Shown here piece by piece: positions 9,307 to 18,736 of a stretch of 50,097 nt of DNA; position 1 is the stretch's first letter, and every line of letters begins with the position of its first letter. Source of the stretch: a virus (Duplodnaviria > Caudoviricetes); the IMG/VR virus record IMGVR_UViG_3300030393_000004, positions 1 through 50,097 of that record; one strand, written 5' to 3'. The notes under the pieces are model-generated. The model made no database searches. It saw nothing but the letters and a program-made list of their open reading frames with translations, and was not told where the DNA came from. The position numbers and the translations under genes were made by a program.

Positions 9307-9927
9307 ATGAGCAATATGTTTCTAAACCCGCTATCTCAAGACGATCTAGGCTACGAAGGCTTTTTTGACGGTCAGAACAAAACTATCCCTGACAACACTG
9401 AACTTGAATTTGTAGTGACTGACGGTTTCGTTGGTATCGAAGAAGGCAAGAGCCAACAGGTGTGCATGATTAATATTGCAATCACAACGCCAGGCGAGTT
9501 CTACGGCCAGAAATACCGTTACAACGCAAAGATCTACGACATGGACGCAAACAAGCGCGACCTAGCAATGCGCAATTTGGGTGTACTTGATGCTCAATCA
9601 GGCTTCCCAATGACTAATGGCCAACTACCGCTTACTACTGAAAACGTAAAAGACCATTGGGTGCAGAAAGCAAATGCTCGCGTTAAGTTTGGTTTGCTGA
9701 TTTCTACTGAAAACATGGACGGCTCTCCAATTGTCGACCAGTTCGGTGAGCCATCATCTAACCACATTAACTTCGTTCGAGGCTTCGCTTATGACCGTGC
9801 GAGGATGGTGCAGCAAGGGCAACAGCAGCAAAGCGAGCCAGCGCAACAGGCACAGCAACAGCAGCAAGCAACACAAAATGAAGATATTGCCGCAGGTCAC
9901 GCTGGCGACGACGACATCGATTTTTAA
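9307..9927 (+). CDS. Putative ssDNA-binding protein
   Basis: Beta-rich N-terminus, Q-rich linker, acidic DDDIDF tail like SSB tails; replication context. Confidence 0.6.
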   Translation: MSNMFLNPLSQDDLGYEGFFDGQNKTIPDNTELEFVVTDGFVGIEEGKSQQVCMINIAITTPGEFYGQKYRYNAKIYDMDANKRDLAMRNLGVLDAQSGFPMTNGQLPLTTENVKDHWVQKANARVKFGLLISTENMDGSPIVDQFGEPSSNHINFVRGFAYDRARMVQQGQQQQSEPAQQAQQQQQATQNEDIAAGHAGDDDIDF

Positions 9928-9951
9928 TCTTTAGGCAAACCAATTAACAAT

Positions 9952-9970
9952 GCCGCTTTCGAGCGGCTTT
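9952..9970 (+). terminator. Hairpin terminator
   Basis: GCCGCT-TTCG-AGCGGC-TTT. Confidence 0.6.
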
Positions 9971-10032
9971 AAATTAAGCTTTTACTTTTGATTGTTCTGT
10001 GCGACAATATCATAAAAAGTAAGGGCTCTAAC

Positions 10033-10854
10033 ATGAATTACAGAAAGCTGCACAACTCAATCATAAACAATGCAATAACAAGATCTAAAGTGAAGGATCA
10101 ATATAAAGAAAATCACCATATAATTCCAAAGTCGATGGGAGGGACTGACAAAAAAGAAAATATAGTCCAATTAACAGCAAGAGAGCACTTCATTGTTCAT
10201 TGGCTGCTAAAGAAAATCCATCAAAACAAGTCTATGACCTATGCATTTTTCTCAATGACAAAGCTTGGAAATGAAAGCCAGCAGAGATACACAAGCCATA
10301 GCTTTAAATACGCAAGGGAATCTATGTCGAAAATGATGTCCGAACGAGTTGGCGATAAACACCCAATGCATGGCATTACTGGTGATGACAACCCAAACAC
10401 AGGATCAAAGCGAACAGAGGAATCCAAAAAGAAAATGTCAATAGCTATGACTGACAACAGAGTCGGCTCAAAAAACCACAAATCGAAGCCTGTTAAGAAT
10501 TTAGATACTGGTGATGTTTTTGAGTCAGTAAGGCAAGCTCAGTTAAAAACTACAGGTAACGTTTCTTACGCAATAAGAAGTGGCGGCACTGCTGGTGGTC
10601 ATAGGTATTCATACGTTAATGATGGAGAGCAATTATCAGAAAAACTAAGGCTTAAAGGATACATGAAGGGTGATAGTCATATTAATTCAGTGTCAATAAG
10701 AAACATAACAACAGGTGAAGAGTTCAGCACAATTAAAGCTGCTGGAGAATCAATTAGCAAAACAGGAACAGCGATAAGTTGGTCTATCAGAAACAACAAA
10801 GAGATAGGCGGCTTTAAGTTCGAAAGGATCAACAATGAAAAAAATGAAGCCTAG
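10033..10854 (+). CDS. HNH homing endonuclease with NUMOD-like C-terminal repeats
   Basis: HHIIPKSMGG....N...LTAREH...H; repeated V.N..TG..F.S...A modules; AT-rich; overlaps helicase start. Confidence 0.85.
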   Translation: MNYRKLHNSIINNAITRSKVKDQYKENHHIIPKSMGGTDKKENIVQLTAREHFIVHWLLKKIHQNKSMTYAFFSMTKLGNESQQRYTSHSFKYARESMSKMMSERVGDKHPMHGITGDDNPNTGSKRTEESKKKMSIAMTDNRVGSKNHKSKPVKNLDTGDVFESVRQAQLKTTGNVSYAIRSGGTAGGHRYSYVNDGEQLSEKLRLKGYMKGDSHINSVSIRNITTGEEFSTIKAAGESISKTGTAISWSIRNNKEIGGFKFERINNEKNEA

Positions 10855-12823
10855 ACCGTATCAGCAAGATGCAATAGACGCGGTGATTATGCATGTTAAA
10901 AAAAGGCTATCACCATGCCTAATAGAATGCGCCACTGGTAGTGGTAAATCACTAATAGTTGCAGAGCTTGCGGAGTTTTTCTCAAAGGTAGCACCAACCA
11001 AGCGCGTTCTTTGCATTGCTCCTTCAAAGGAGCTTGTTGAACAAAATTTTGAGCGTTACACGGTAGATTATGGAAATCCAGCATCAATCTACTGTGCCAG
11101 TGCTGGTAAGAAGTGCCTGCGATCTCAGGTTATCTTTGCATCACCGCAAAGCGCTTTGAAGTCGATTGATAAAATCGCGCACATGGGTATCAGTGCAATT
11201 ATTATTGATGAGGCTCACGGAATTACGCCAAGTTTATTGAAGATAATTGACGGGGTTCTCAATTATGAAATAGCAGGACGTAAAGCCAATGAGAAGTGCC
11301 GAATTGTCGGAATGACCGCTACACCCTACCGAATGAACACTGGCTACATCTACGCGATTGACGCAACAGAAGAAGAAGAGATCCACCACGACGAAACCAA
11401 AGCGGTTGATCCGTTCTTTTCAAAGTTGCTTTATCGAATCACAGCGGGTGAATTGGTTGAAGAGGGTTTCTTGACTAAGCCAGAGATTGGCGACAGTGAA
11501 GACAACTACGACACAAGCGGCCTAGAACTTAACCGAATGGGTAAGTTTGACGACAAACAAGTCGCTGAGGTTTTTCAGAAATCCACCAAGACAGAAAAGA
11601 TAGTTAATGAGATCGCACAACGCTCACAAGATAAGATGGGCGTTATGATCTTTGCTTCAACAATTAGCCACGCTGAAGAGATTGCAGGGCTATTGCCTCA
11701 AGGTCAATCTGAGGTGGTAACAGGCAAAACAAAAAGAAAAGATCGAGAAGCAATTATAAATAATTTCAAGGCAAAGCAATTCAAATTCTTGGTTAATGTT
11801 TCAGTTTTAACCACAGGATTTGACTGTAGTCACGTCGATCTTGTTGCTGTTCTTAGGGCCACAGAATCAGCAATGCTATTCCAACAGATTATTGGTCGAG
11901 GCCTTCGCTTAGATGAAAATAAGCCGTTTGTTTCAATTCTTGACTACGCAGAAAACATCGAGCGCCACGAACTTCAAGAGGATATCTTCACACCACAAAT
12001 CAAAGCCAAGCCAAAGCCAGGTGAGGGCGTAGAAATCGAAGTTACTTGCCCTGCTTGTGGTGCGCACTCAGTTAAGAAAAAGCGCAACGAAATGACCTAC
12101 GCAGGTTTGGCGCATGATGCTTTCGGTAACTTCTTGATTAGTGGCACTGAGAAGGCGATTGCTTGGGAGGATGGCGAGCCCGTATTGTGGGAAGGTGAAA
12201 CGCTTACGATGCAAGTGCTTGATCCAACCACTATGGATGAATTTGGTGATTGCGGATTTAAAGAAATACCGGTGCCAGCGCATTACTCGCGACGATGCAG
12301 CAATCCAGAGGCGTATGTTTTGAGTGGCAAGCCTATTCGATGCGAACACCGTTACAGCGCTAAGGTTTGCCCTGACTGCCATGCTGACAATGACATTGCA
12401 GCGCGCCATTGCGTTGAATGTAAAGTGCGACTAGTTGACCCAAACGAGAAACTAACTGAAAAGGCAGGTCAAGCTGGAATTATTGCCATGGGTGAAACGC
12501 GAACAGTGCACTGCTTAAGCGCCAAGTACGAGCCTTATGTTGGCGGTGGTGGTAAGCACTCAATAAAAGCCACCTACAACACGGAAATAGGCGCAATCGT
12601 TGCTTGGCATACTTCACGTCAACACTGGATCTTCAACCGACTAGCGGAAGCTAATGGCATTGTGCGCAGTCAGATTGATGATGCGATCGACGCTCAATAT
12701 TCACAGTGTGCGTTTTGGACGGTGGCACCGCATCAGATCAAAGTTAAGAAAAGCGAAGGCCAAAACGGCTACGCTAAATTTGAAGTTAAACAAGTTGAGT
12801 TTTTAGAGGAGCAGGTGGGATGA
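10835..12823 (+). CDS. SF2 DEAH-box DNA helicase (RadD/YejH-like) with C-terminal Zn fingers
   Basis: RPYQ, ATGSGKS, IIDEAH, TATP, TTGFD, QIIGRGLR; CxxC pairs. Confidence 0.92.
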   Translation: MKKMKPRPYQQDAIDAVIMHVKKRLSPCLIECATGSGKSLIVAELAEFFSKVAPTKRVLCIAPSKELVEQNFERYTVDYGNPASIYCASAGKKCLRSQVIFASPQSALKSIDKIAHMGISAIIIDEAHGITPSLLKIIDGVLNYEIAGRKANEKCRIVGMTATPYRMNTGYIYAIDATEEEEIHHDETKAVDPFFSKLLYRITAGELVEEGFLTKPEIGDSEDNYDTSGLELNRMGKFDDKQVAEVFQKSTKTEKIVNEIAQRSQDKMGVMIFASTISHAEEIAGLLPQGQSEVVTGKTKRKDREAIINNFKAKQFKFLVNVSVLTTGFDCSHVDLVAVLRATESAMLFQQIIGRGLRLDENKPFVSILDYAENIERHELQEDIFTPQIKAKPKPGEGVEIEVTCPACGAHSVKKKRNEMTYAGLAHDAFGNFLISGTEKAIAWEDGEPVLWEGETLTMQVLDPTTMDEFGDCGFKEIPVPAHYSRRCSNPEAYVLSGKPIRCEHRYSAKVCPDCHADNDIAARHCVECKVRLVDPNEKLTEKAGQAGIIAMGETRTVHCLSAKYEPYVGGGGKHSIKATYNTEIGAIVAWHTSRQHWIFNRLAEANGIVRSQIDDAIDAQYSQCAFWTVAPHQIKVKKSEGQNGYAKFEVKQVEFLEEQVG

Positions 12824-13011
12824 AATACTTACTAATAATGCAATTAATTATTGTCGGTTCCCAAAAAGGTGGTGGCTCACTGGACACTGTTATTTTAGAT
12901 AGCCATGAGCAGTGTGAAAAAGTGAAAGCCGTCTTTATGTACAACATGAAGGACGATCGGCCATATGGAAGAATTTTCCGAAAAGCTGAATGCGTGGAGC
13001 TCTCACAATGA
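12820..13011 (+). CDS. Small hypothetical protein
   Basis: ATGA overlap with helicase stop. Confidence 0.65.
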   Translation: MKYLLIMQLIIVGSQKGGGSLDTVILDSHEQCEKVKAVFMYNMKDDRPYGRIFRKAECVELSQ

Positions 13012-13136
13012 ACCTAACAGAAGATCAAATTAACGACTTAATTGAAAAGTGGCATGAAGACAAAGAAACCACGCTTGATCTTCATGAGTACCTTGGCATG
13101 ACGTGGGAAGAATACACAAAGTGGGTGCAATCATGA
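13008..13136 (+). CDS. 42-aa acidic hypothetical protein (not in ORF track)
   Basis: MNLTEDQINDLIEKWHEDKETTLDLHEYLGMTWEEYTKWVQS; GGAG RBS; ATGA overlaps on both sides. Confidence 0.7.
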   Translation: MNLTEDQINDLIEKWHEDKETTLDLHEYLGMTWEEYTKWVQS

Positions 13137-13555
13137 ACCTAGCCCAAATCACCAAACACAAGATCCCCATTTACGGGGATTTGGACTTTCGCGGCAAGTG
13201 CCCAAGCGAAGCAAGCGAACAAGTTAGCTTTTTGTGCCTTTTGCGCAAAGAATTTCCACATCTTGCAGAAGTAACAGCGCACATCCGAAACGAAGGGCAA
13301 AGAACGAAACTTCAAGCTTTTAGACAAAAGCAAGAGGGCTTAAAAAAAGGCGCGAGTGATTTATTTATACCATGCAATCCGCCAATTCTAATTGAACTAA
13401 AAAAGCAGGATCACACAGCATCACACACCACAACCGATCAAGTGAAGTATCTTTTCAGAGCTCGAAAGCTCGGCGCGTTTGGTTGCTACGCTTTAGGCGC
13501 TGCGGGCGCAATGGAGGCGGTCAGGGCATGGCATACAAAGTACGGCAAAAAATAG
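13133..13555 (+). CDS. VRR-NUC (PD-(D/E)XK) nuclease / resolvase
   Basis: E..EQ, HIRNEG.R, GLKKGASDL, IELKK, Q..YL. Confidence 0.85.
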   Translation: MNLAQITKHKIPIYGDLDFRGKCPSEASEQVSFLCLLRKEFPHLAEVTAHIRNEGQRTKLQAFRQKQEGLKKGASDLFIPCNPPILIELKKQDHTASHTTTDQVKYLFRARKLGAFGCYALGAAGAMEAVRAWHTKYGKK

Positions 13556-13806
13556 GCCAATTACCAGAACACCACTACAAAGCGGATCGAGAGTGGATAA
13601 ATAAAATGATGGGTTATTTGCAGTTTGACCCAGTTGACGACAGCAAAAACGAACGCGGCAAGGTGTGCCTAGCTTACAGTAAAGCTTTTCATGATGCTGT
13701 CAGCCTTGAGCCAGTCACACATAAGAAAACCAATGCAGGACGCTTCGAGGCTAATACCAGGTTGAGAAAGTTTATAGAGAAGCGGTTTCGTGTTTTTAAT
13801 CAATAG
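13528..13806 (+). CDS. Hypothetical protein
   Basis: ATG 13528, overlaps upstream gene, followed by terminator. Confidence 0.65.
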   Translation: MAYKVRQKIGQLPEHHYKADREWINKMMGYLQFDPVDDSKNERGKVCLAYSKAFHDAVSLEPVTHKKTNAGRFEANTRLRKFIEKRFRVFNQ

Positions 13807-13815
13807 CCCACAACT

Positions 13816-13838
13816 AGCCCCACACCGGGGCTTTTTCT
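13816..13838 (+). terminator. Intrinsic terminator
   Basis: AGCCCC/GGGGCT plus T-run. Confidence 0.8.
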
Positions 13839-13878
13839 TGTCTGTCACATAAAAAGTAATAAATATTAAAGAAAAGTA

Positions 13879-13907
13879 TTCACATTTATTTAGTTTGTGT
13901 GTATATT
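13879..13907 (+). promoter_or_regulatory. Sigma70-like early promoter
   Basis: TTCACA-N17-TATATT with AT-rich UP region. Confidence 0.6.
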
Positions 13908-13939
13908 GGGTTTATTGAAGTTAAACAGGAATAACAACC

Positions 13940-14116
13940 ATGCAAATAACCATACCCATTAAAGTAAACAGCACCTCTCACAAGTGGCTAACGGAGGGAG
14001 TAAAACGTTTCGGCTCAGATTACAGGCATGTGTGGAAAGGTAGTTACTACAAAATCGTGGACTGGAAGCCATCGGTACGCGGAGAGTTTAGTTTAGTTTT
14101 GGAGAGTGTATTGTGA
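13940..14116 (+). CDS. 58-aa hypothetical protein (not in ORF track)
   Basis: MQITIPIKVNS...LVLESVL; AAACAGGA RBS; GTGA overlap with next gene. Confidence 0.7.
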   Translation: MQITIPIKVNSTSHKWLTEGVKRFGSDYRHVWKGSYYKIVDWKPSVRGEFSLVLESVL

Positions 14117-14334
14117 GGATAATCGATGCTGCTAAAAAGCTATTTTTTAAAGAAGAGTCTAAAAAGATATTTGGACATAAAGCCCACGGTGAGAGTTGTT
14201 ATGTTTGCGGGAAGCCAATGCACACAGAGCATGGTGTGACAATGGTAGGTAGTGGCGAGAAAATGCATTCTGATTGCTGGCCTGATTTCTTTACGAAGAG
14301 AGTTGAGAAAATAGCTGAGGAGAACAAACAATGA
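14113..14334 (+). CDS. Small putative Zn-finger protein
   Basis: CYVC...HSDC. Confidence 0.65.
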   Translation: MRIIDAAKKLFFKEESKKIFGHKAHGESCYVCGKPMHTEHGVTMVGSGEKMHSDCWPDFFTKRVEKIAEENKQ

Positions 14335-14720
14335 AACCCTCAACCATAGCCAAAAACCTTGGCGCAAAGACAGCAAGCGCCGTAGCAGCATCATACGGCA
14401 TGTTACCGCAGCAGTTGCACGAGATATGCCGTAAAGACGCTAAACGCTTTGAGCGCATGGTCAGGACGCACGTACTTAGTGTTGAGCTTAACGTTTCGTG
14501 CCAGCATCTTGAGTTCTTGATGAAGCAAGTCGCTAGCAACATGGAAGGCAATAACGCGGCAGATTATTTCTTGAATGATCCAGAAGCCAAGAAAGAGTTA
14601 ACACGCGCTTACGTGGTGGATTTTCGTGTGCGCATGAAGGATATGTGCCAAAAGATTCTTGATAGCGAAATGGTGCAAGAGTCGGTTGGTGATTTGGTTG
14701 GTGAGAAGTTGGGTAAATAG
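14331..14720 (+). CDS. Hypothetical protein
   Basis: GAGGAG RBS, ATGA overlap. Confidence 0.75.
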   Translation: MKPSTIAKNLGAKTASAVAASYGMLPQQLHEICRKDAKRFERMVRTHVLSVELNVSCQHLEFLMKQVASNMEGNNAADYFLNDPEAKKELTRAYVVDFRVRMKDMCQKILDSEMVQESVGDLVGEKLGK

Positions 14721-14729
14721 GACGGGAAA

Positions 14730-15308
14730 ATGAAAGTAGATATTTACGACACAGGCAAAAAGTACGATGTTATTTATGCCGATCCACCATGGCAATTTAA
14801 CAATAAGAAAACTGGCGGCTCCATGAAGTCTGGCAGCGAGCATCAATACAAGTCTGTCATGTCAATTGACGACTTAAAGGAGATGCCAATACCAGAAATT
14901 TCCAGTGACAATTGCTTGCTTGTCATGTGGTGGGTTGGCTCAATGCCACAAGAAGCTATCGACTTGGTTAACTCTTGGGGATTCACCATCAAGAACATGA
15001 ACGGCTTTGTGTGGAATAAGATCACCCAAAACAACAAGCCATACTTTGGCATGGGTTTTTATACCAGAGCTGGTAGTGAGTCATGTGTGATTGCCACTAA
15101 AGGCAAGTTCAAGCCAGTTAGCCGATCTGTTCGAGCTGTGTTCTGTGCTGAGTCTCAAATTCAATTTGAAGCAAAGGTAACAAAGCACTCAGAAAAACCG
15201 CACCAAGTAAGAGATCTAATCGTCGACTTGGCTGGCGATGTGCCACGCATTGAGCTTTTCGCGCGCAAGACTGCGGACGGTTGGGATTGTTTTGGGAATG
15301 AGGTGTAG
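14730..15308 (+). CDS. MT-A70-family adenine methyltransferase
   Basis: YDVIYADPPW, LVMWW, WGF, FVWNK, HSEKP, RIELFAR...GWDCFGNE. Confidence 0.92.
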   Translation: MKVDIYDTGKKYDVIYADPPWQFNNKKTGGSMKSGSEHQYKSVMSIDDLKEMPIPEISSDNCLLVMWWVGSMPQEAIDLVNSWGFTIKNMNGFVWNKITQNNKPYFGMGFYTRAGSESCVIATKGKFKPVSRSVRAVFCAESQIQFEAKVTKHSEKPHQVRDLIVDLAGDVPRIELFARKTADGWDCFGNEV

Positions 15309-15380
15309 ATGATGTCCCACTACGAATGCAAAGAGTGTCAAAAACCTTATCAATATTGTGAATGTAAACAGGAAAGTAAA

Positions 15381-15818
15381 ATGAACGAATTAAAACGCAC
15401 GAAAGAATGGTTTGAGCAAGCGATTCCAGAGCCGACAATTGAGCAGGCTTGCATACAGATTGGCTGCCACTATGAAGAAGTAGCGGAGATGGCTGAGGCT
15501 ATGACTGATGATGAGCTTTCAGTTCAAATAGAGCATGTTTCAGATAGCTACAAAAACCTATCTCCAATATTTATGGATAGCGTAAGAAACCTAAGTGAAA
15601 GTGAAGAGGTTGAGCTACTCGACTCTCTAACTGACCAAATCGTCACAGCTATCGGTGTGTGCCACATGATGGGATTTGATATCGAAGGCGCACTTACAGA
15701 GGTCAACCGCTCTAACTTCTCTAAATTCGAAGATGGAAAACCGGTCTTTGATGCTAACGGCAAGATAACCAAAGGCAAGCACTACACACCACCAGAGTTG
15801 GGTGATTTTATTAAGTAA
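15381..15818 (+). CDS. MazG-like nucleotide pyrophosphohydrolase
   Basis: EEVAE, ELLDSLTDQIV, EVNRSNFSK, GKITKG..Y.PP; AAACAGGA RBS before 15381; in-frame Cys-rich extension from 15309 possible. Confidence 0.85.
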   Translation: MNELKRTKEWFEQAIPEPTIEQACIQIGCHYEEVAEMAEAMTDDELSVQIEHVSDSYKNLSPIFMDSVRNLSESEEVELLDSLTDQIVTAIGVCHMMGFDIEGALTEVNRSNFSKFEDGKPVFDANGKITKGKHYTPPELGDFIK

Positions 15819-15825
15819 TTTTGAC

Positions 15826-15850
15826 AGGGCAATTAATTTTGCCCTTTTTT
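15826..15850 (+). terminator. Intrinsic terminator
   Basis: AGGGCAA/TTGCCCT plus T-run. Confidence 0.75.
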
Positions 15851-15918
15851 ACATTAATTGTTTACAATGAAATTAAATTAAATTACTATAAATCCAAGTT
15901 AACGAATTGGAGAGATTC

Positions 15919-16065
15919 TTGAAGAAAGAAAACAAGCGTAACGCAGGCCGAAAGCCTAACGGTTACGATTCAAAACAAATCAGCGTACCGGTTGCACTAA
16001 TACCGGAGCTTAAGAAACGAATTGAAGAATGGAAGCTTAACAATGAAAATTGCAAGGAAGCTTGA
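15919..16065 (+). CDS. 48-aa putative DNA-binding protein (not in ORF track)
   Basis: TTG start after GGAG; RNAGRKP motif, then beta strand KQISVP and a helix. Confidence 0.55.
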   Translation: MKKENKRNAGRKPNGYDSKQISVPVALIPELKKRIEEWKLNNENCKEA

Positions 16066-16462
16066 AGTATTTTTCCAAATAGCAAGAGACAAAGGCAACG
16101 AATATGTAAAATCAACTTCCAGAAGAGATTTGTGCGTAGAACTAATTGAGTCAGGAATACCAATAAGAAAAAGGAAAGGTAGAGATCTTCTTATACGAAA
16201 CCCACTTGCGTCAATGATCAAAGGGTGTAACACATACGAAGTTGAGCTCGGTTATTCAGTGTGCGATTTCAGGGAAAGTATTGAAAGTAAATTCAAGGAT
16301 GGTATGAGTTGGGGTAATCATGGAGATTGGCACTTAGACCACATAATCCCAATAGCGCACTTTATGAAAGATAAGATTTACGACCCTAAAATAATTAACG
16401 CACTGGAAAATCTTCAACCGTTGTGGGCTGATGAAAACTTAAAGAAGTCTGCAAAAGCATAA
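16043..16462 (+). CDS. HNH endonuclease
   Basis: GMSWGNHGDWHLDHIIP...NLQPLWADENLKK. Confidence 0.85.
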   Translation: MKIARKLEVFFQIARDKGNEYVKSTSRRDLCVELIESGIPIRKRKGRDLLIRNPLASMIKGCNTYEVELGYSVCDFRESIESKFKDGMSWGNHGDWHLDHIIPIAHFMKDKIYDPKIINALENLQPLWADENLKKSAKA

Positions 16463-16476
16463 AAGGAAAAGAAACA

Positions 16477-16605
16477 ATGAAACTAACCACCATCCTAATC
16501 CTAACCGCGCTTGCATTTGGTCATGCGCATTACATGGCTTACGCAGAAGATAAATGCGCAGAGCTTGGCAATACACCTCAACAGTGCGCTTTGTTGGCTC
16601 AGTAG
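16477..16605 (+). CDS. 42-aa secreted/membrane peptide (not in ORF track)
   Basis: MKLTTILILTALAFGHAHYMAYAEDKCAELGNTPQQCALLAQ; AAGGA RBS. Confidence 0.6.
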   Translation: MKLTTILILTALAFGHAHYMAYAEDKCAELGNTPQQCALLAQ

Positions 16606-16628
16606 AATTTAGAACAGGACAAACAAAA

Positions 16629-17006
16629 ATGGCTAATACAAAAACAGGTTTACTTTACTCAGAGTTAACAGGTCACGTTTACTGGGGAACTATGAATGCA
16701 GATACTGGAATAGCTCGCGGAAACAAGAAAGATGTAACAAGTGATTTTATCGGAATCATGCTTCAGAAGTTCCCGCCAAACTTTAAGCAAAACATTGTTT
16801 GCAACGGAAAGTTTGAGGCTGAAATTATTGTCCTTGGCGAAGACAACAAAAACCGTGCTCGATTTGCGGTTGCAAAAGAGATGGAAGATATGCTTGCTGA
16901 AATTCTCCACAACATGGAAGTTGGCAATAGCGATCACACTGAAATAAACGATGCAATGATACCTAGAATTAGCTCGCTACTAGCCAAAGCGCGAGGTGAA
17001 GCATGA
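16629..17006 (+). CDS. Hypothetical protein
   Basis: ACAGGAC RBS before ATG 16629. Confidence 0.75.
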   Translation: MANTKTGLLYSELTGHVYWGTMNADTGIARGNKKDVTSDFIGIMLQKFPPNFKQNIVCNGKFEAEIIVLGEDNKNRARFAVAKEMEDMLAEILHNMEVGNSDHTEINDAMIPRISSLLAKARGEA

Positions 17007-17293
17007 ACACACCACAAGAAAGACGTGAAGCAGCCAAATGCATAGCAAAGATGCGCCCAGAACCAACACGCAAGCGCTTGCCACGCAATTCGCGCGCATT
17101 GGAGATTGACCATATGCGTGATGCACAAGCGCTCGTCAAGTTAGAAAATGGTGAAGAAATTGAAGTTCCAAGCTATAAGCTATCAGAGACAAATAAGATC
17201 AACTATAGCCAACAATCGATTTATGGCGCACGTACTGGCAAACAAAATTCACCTTGGCAGCAAGGTTGTTACTTAAATAAGACGAGTGTTTAG
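17003..17293 (+). CDS. Hypothetical protein
   Basis: GAGGTG RBS, ATGA overlap. Confidence 0.7.
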   Translation: MNTPQERREAAKCIAKMRPEPTRKRLPRNSRALEIDHMRDAQALVKLENGEEIEVPSYKLSETNKINYSQQSIYGARTGKQNSPWQQGCYLNKTSV

Positions 17294-17295
17294 TT

Positions 17296-17652
17296 ATGGA
17301 AATGAAATTCAGAGGTATCGATATAAAAACTGGTGAAATGGTTTTTGGTGGCGGCATTGATTCACAGCGAGATACGCCAATTATCATTAACCATGGTGAG
17401 CGCTATTTTGTTGATGCAAAGACTGTGGGTATGTTTACTGGAATGAAAGACATTGACGACAATGAACTTTATCAAGGTGACATTGTTGAAGTTGATGGTG
17501 ACATTGAAGTTATTAGATTTGATGGAGGGGCTTTTTGTGTTGATGTGCGCGGGTGTGATTACGACTTCACAGCAATCGGATGGGCGCAGTCGAACAATGC
17601 AATATCAAAGCTAGGCAACATTCACCAAAACCATGAGCTACTGGAGCAATAA
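17296..17652 (+). CDS. YopX-family protein
   Basis: MKFRG, TVGMFTGMKD....LYQGDIV, GNIHQNHELL. Confidence 0.9.
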   Translation: MEMKFRGIDIKTGEMVFGGGIDSQRDTPIIINHGERYFVDAKTVGMFTGMKDIDDNELYQGDIVEVDGDIEVIRFDGGAFCVDVRGCDYDFTAIGWAQSNNAISKLGNIHQNHELLEQ

Positions 17653-17653
17653 A

Positions 17654-18136
17654 ATGAAAGCATCACAACTAAAAAAATGGCCTAGCAACATTCAACCGCA
17701 CGAATGGCCGAAGGGTACACTTGACCATATGGACGCAGATTTATTCACTGACTGTGTTTTTCCATTGCGTAAAAAGTCAGGCATCCCAATAACACCAAGC
17801 TCTCTATATGGCGCTCACGTTCGTCATGATAATGGAGGAAGCCGTCACAGCACTAAAGAAGAAACGCGCCTTGCAGATGCCACAGATTTGCACGTATCGA
17901 GCATTAGTCGAATGGTTGCGCTAATGAACTATGCAGAATCGATCCCAGCAATTGGCGGTATTGGCATTTACTTCGACACAAACACACCGTTAGTTCATAT
18001 CGACAAGCGTCCAAATAGATTGGTTTGGCTTTGTTGTCAAGAATGGAATAAGACCACTGAAAAGTGGGAGCGCGTTTATCTGTATCGTGAAAACGATCCT
18101 ATTAAGTTCTACCAAAAACTAGGGGAGTTACTTTAA
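17654..18136 (+). CDS. Putative endolysin, peptidase M15-like (Zn, hedgehog/DD-peptidase fold)
   Basis: SRH...ADATD...GIGIY...VHID Zn-ligand pattern; next to membrane protein. Confidence 0.8.
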   Translation: MKASQLKKWPSNIQPHEWPKGTLDHMDADLFTDCVFPLRKKSGIPITPSSLYGAHVRHDNGGSRHSTKEETRLADATDLHVSSISRMVALMNYAESIPAIGGIGIYFDTNTPLVHIDKRPNRLVWLCCQEWNKTTEKWERVYLYRENDPIKFYQKLGELL

Positions 18137-18636
18137 TGGAATGGCTAAAAAAAATAGCCGGTTACGCGCCTGACATTGTTGGTGCAATTGTATCTGGTGG
18201 CGCAACGCTGCCAGCTACGGCACTTCGCATTATCAGCAAAGAGTTAACCGGTGTTGAAACGGACAATATTGATTTGGTTGAAAAGGCAGTAAACAACGCA
18301 ACGCCAGATCAACTATTGAAATTGAAGCAGGCTAACTTTGACTTTATTGTTCGAAAGATGCAGTTACAAAATGAAGAGTTAGCCAATCAACGAGCCGACA
18401 CGCAAGACGCACGTAAAGAGCATAAAGGCCACTGGATGACTTGGTTGTTACCTTTGCTTATGTTTTTGCTGTTTAGCGCCATGGCTTACTGGTTGATCAA
18501 GTACGCGATACCAGCGGAGAACAAAGACATACTTGTATTCATGGCTGGCCAAGTATCTGGATTTATGGCGGCAGGTGTTACGTATTGGTTAGGGTCTAGC
18601 CGTGGCAGTGCTGAGAAGCAGGTTAAATTTAAGTAA
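18136..18636 (+). CDS. Holin-like membrane protein
   Basis: Coiled region, DTQDAR, two C-terminal TM helices, YWLGSS.GS tail; coupled to endolysin. Confidence 0.7.
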   Translation: MEWLKKIAGYAPDIVGAIVSGGATLPATALRIISKELTGVETDNIDLVEKAVNNATPDQLLKLKQANFDFIVRKMQLQNEELANQRADTQDARKEHKGHWMTWLLPLLMFLLFSAMAYWLIKYAIPAENKDILVFMAGQVSGFMAAGVTYWLGSSRGSAEKQVKFK

Positions 18637-18643
18637 CACATAC

Positions 18644-18671
18644 AAAAAAAGCCCCTAGGCAAAGGGGCTTT
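18644..18671. terminator. Hairpin terminator, probably bidirectional
   Basis: A7-GCCCCT/AGGGGC-TTT. Confidence 0.7.
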
Positions 18672-18736
18672 ACAACTACAGGTCAAAACTACCAATTAAC
18701 AACAGGTTCGAACATTTTAAACAGGAAGGTTATACA

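Noticed and set aside
9808-9875. CAG/CAA-rich repeat
   Set aside because: Encodes a Gln-rich linker typical of SSB-like proteins
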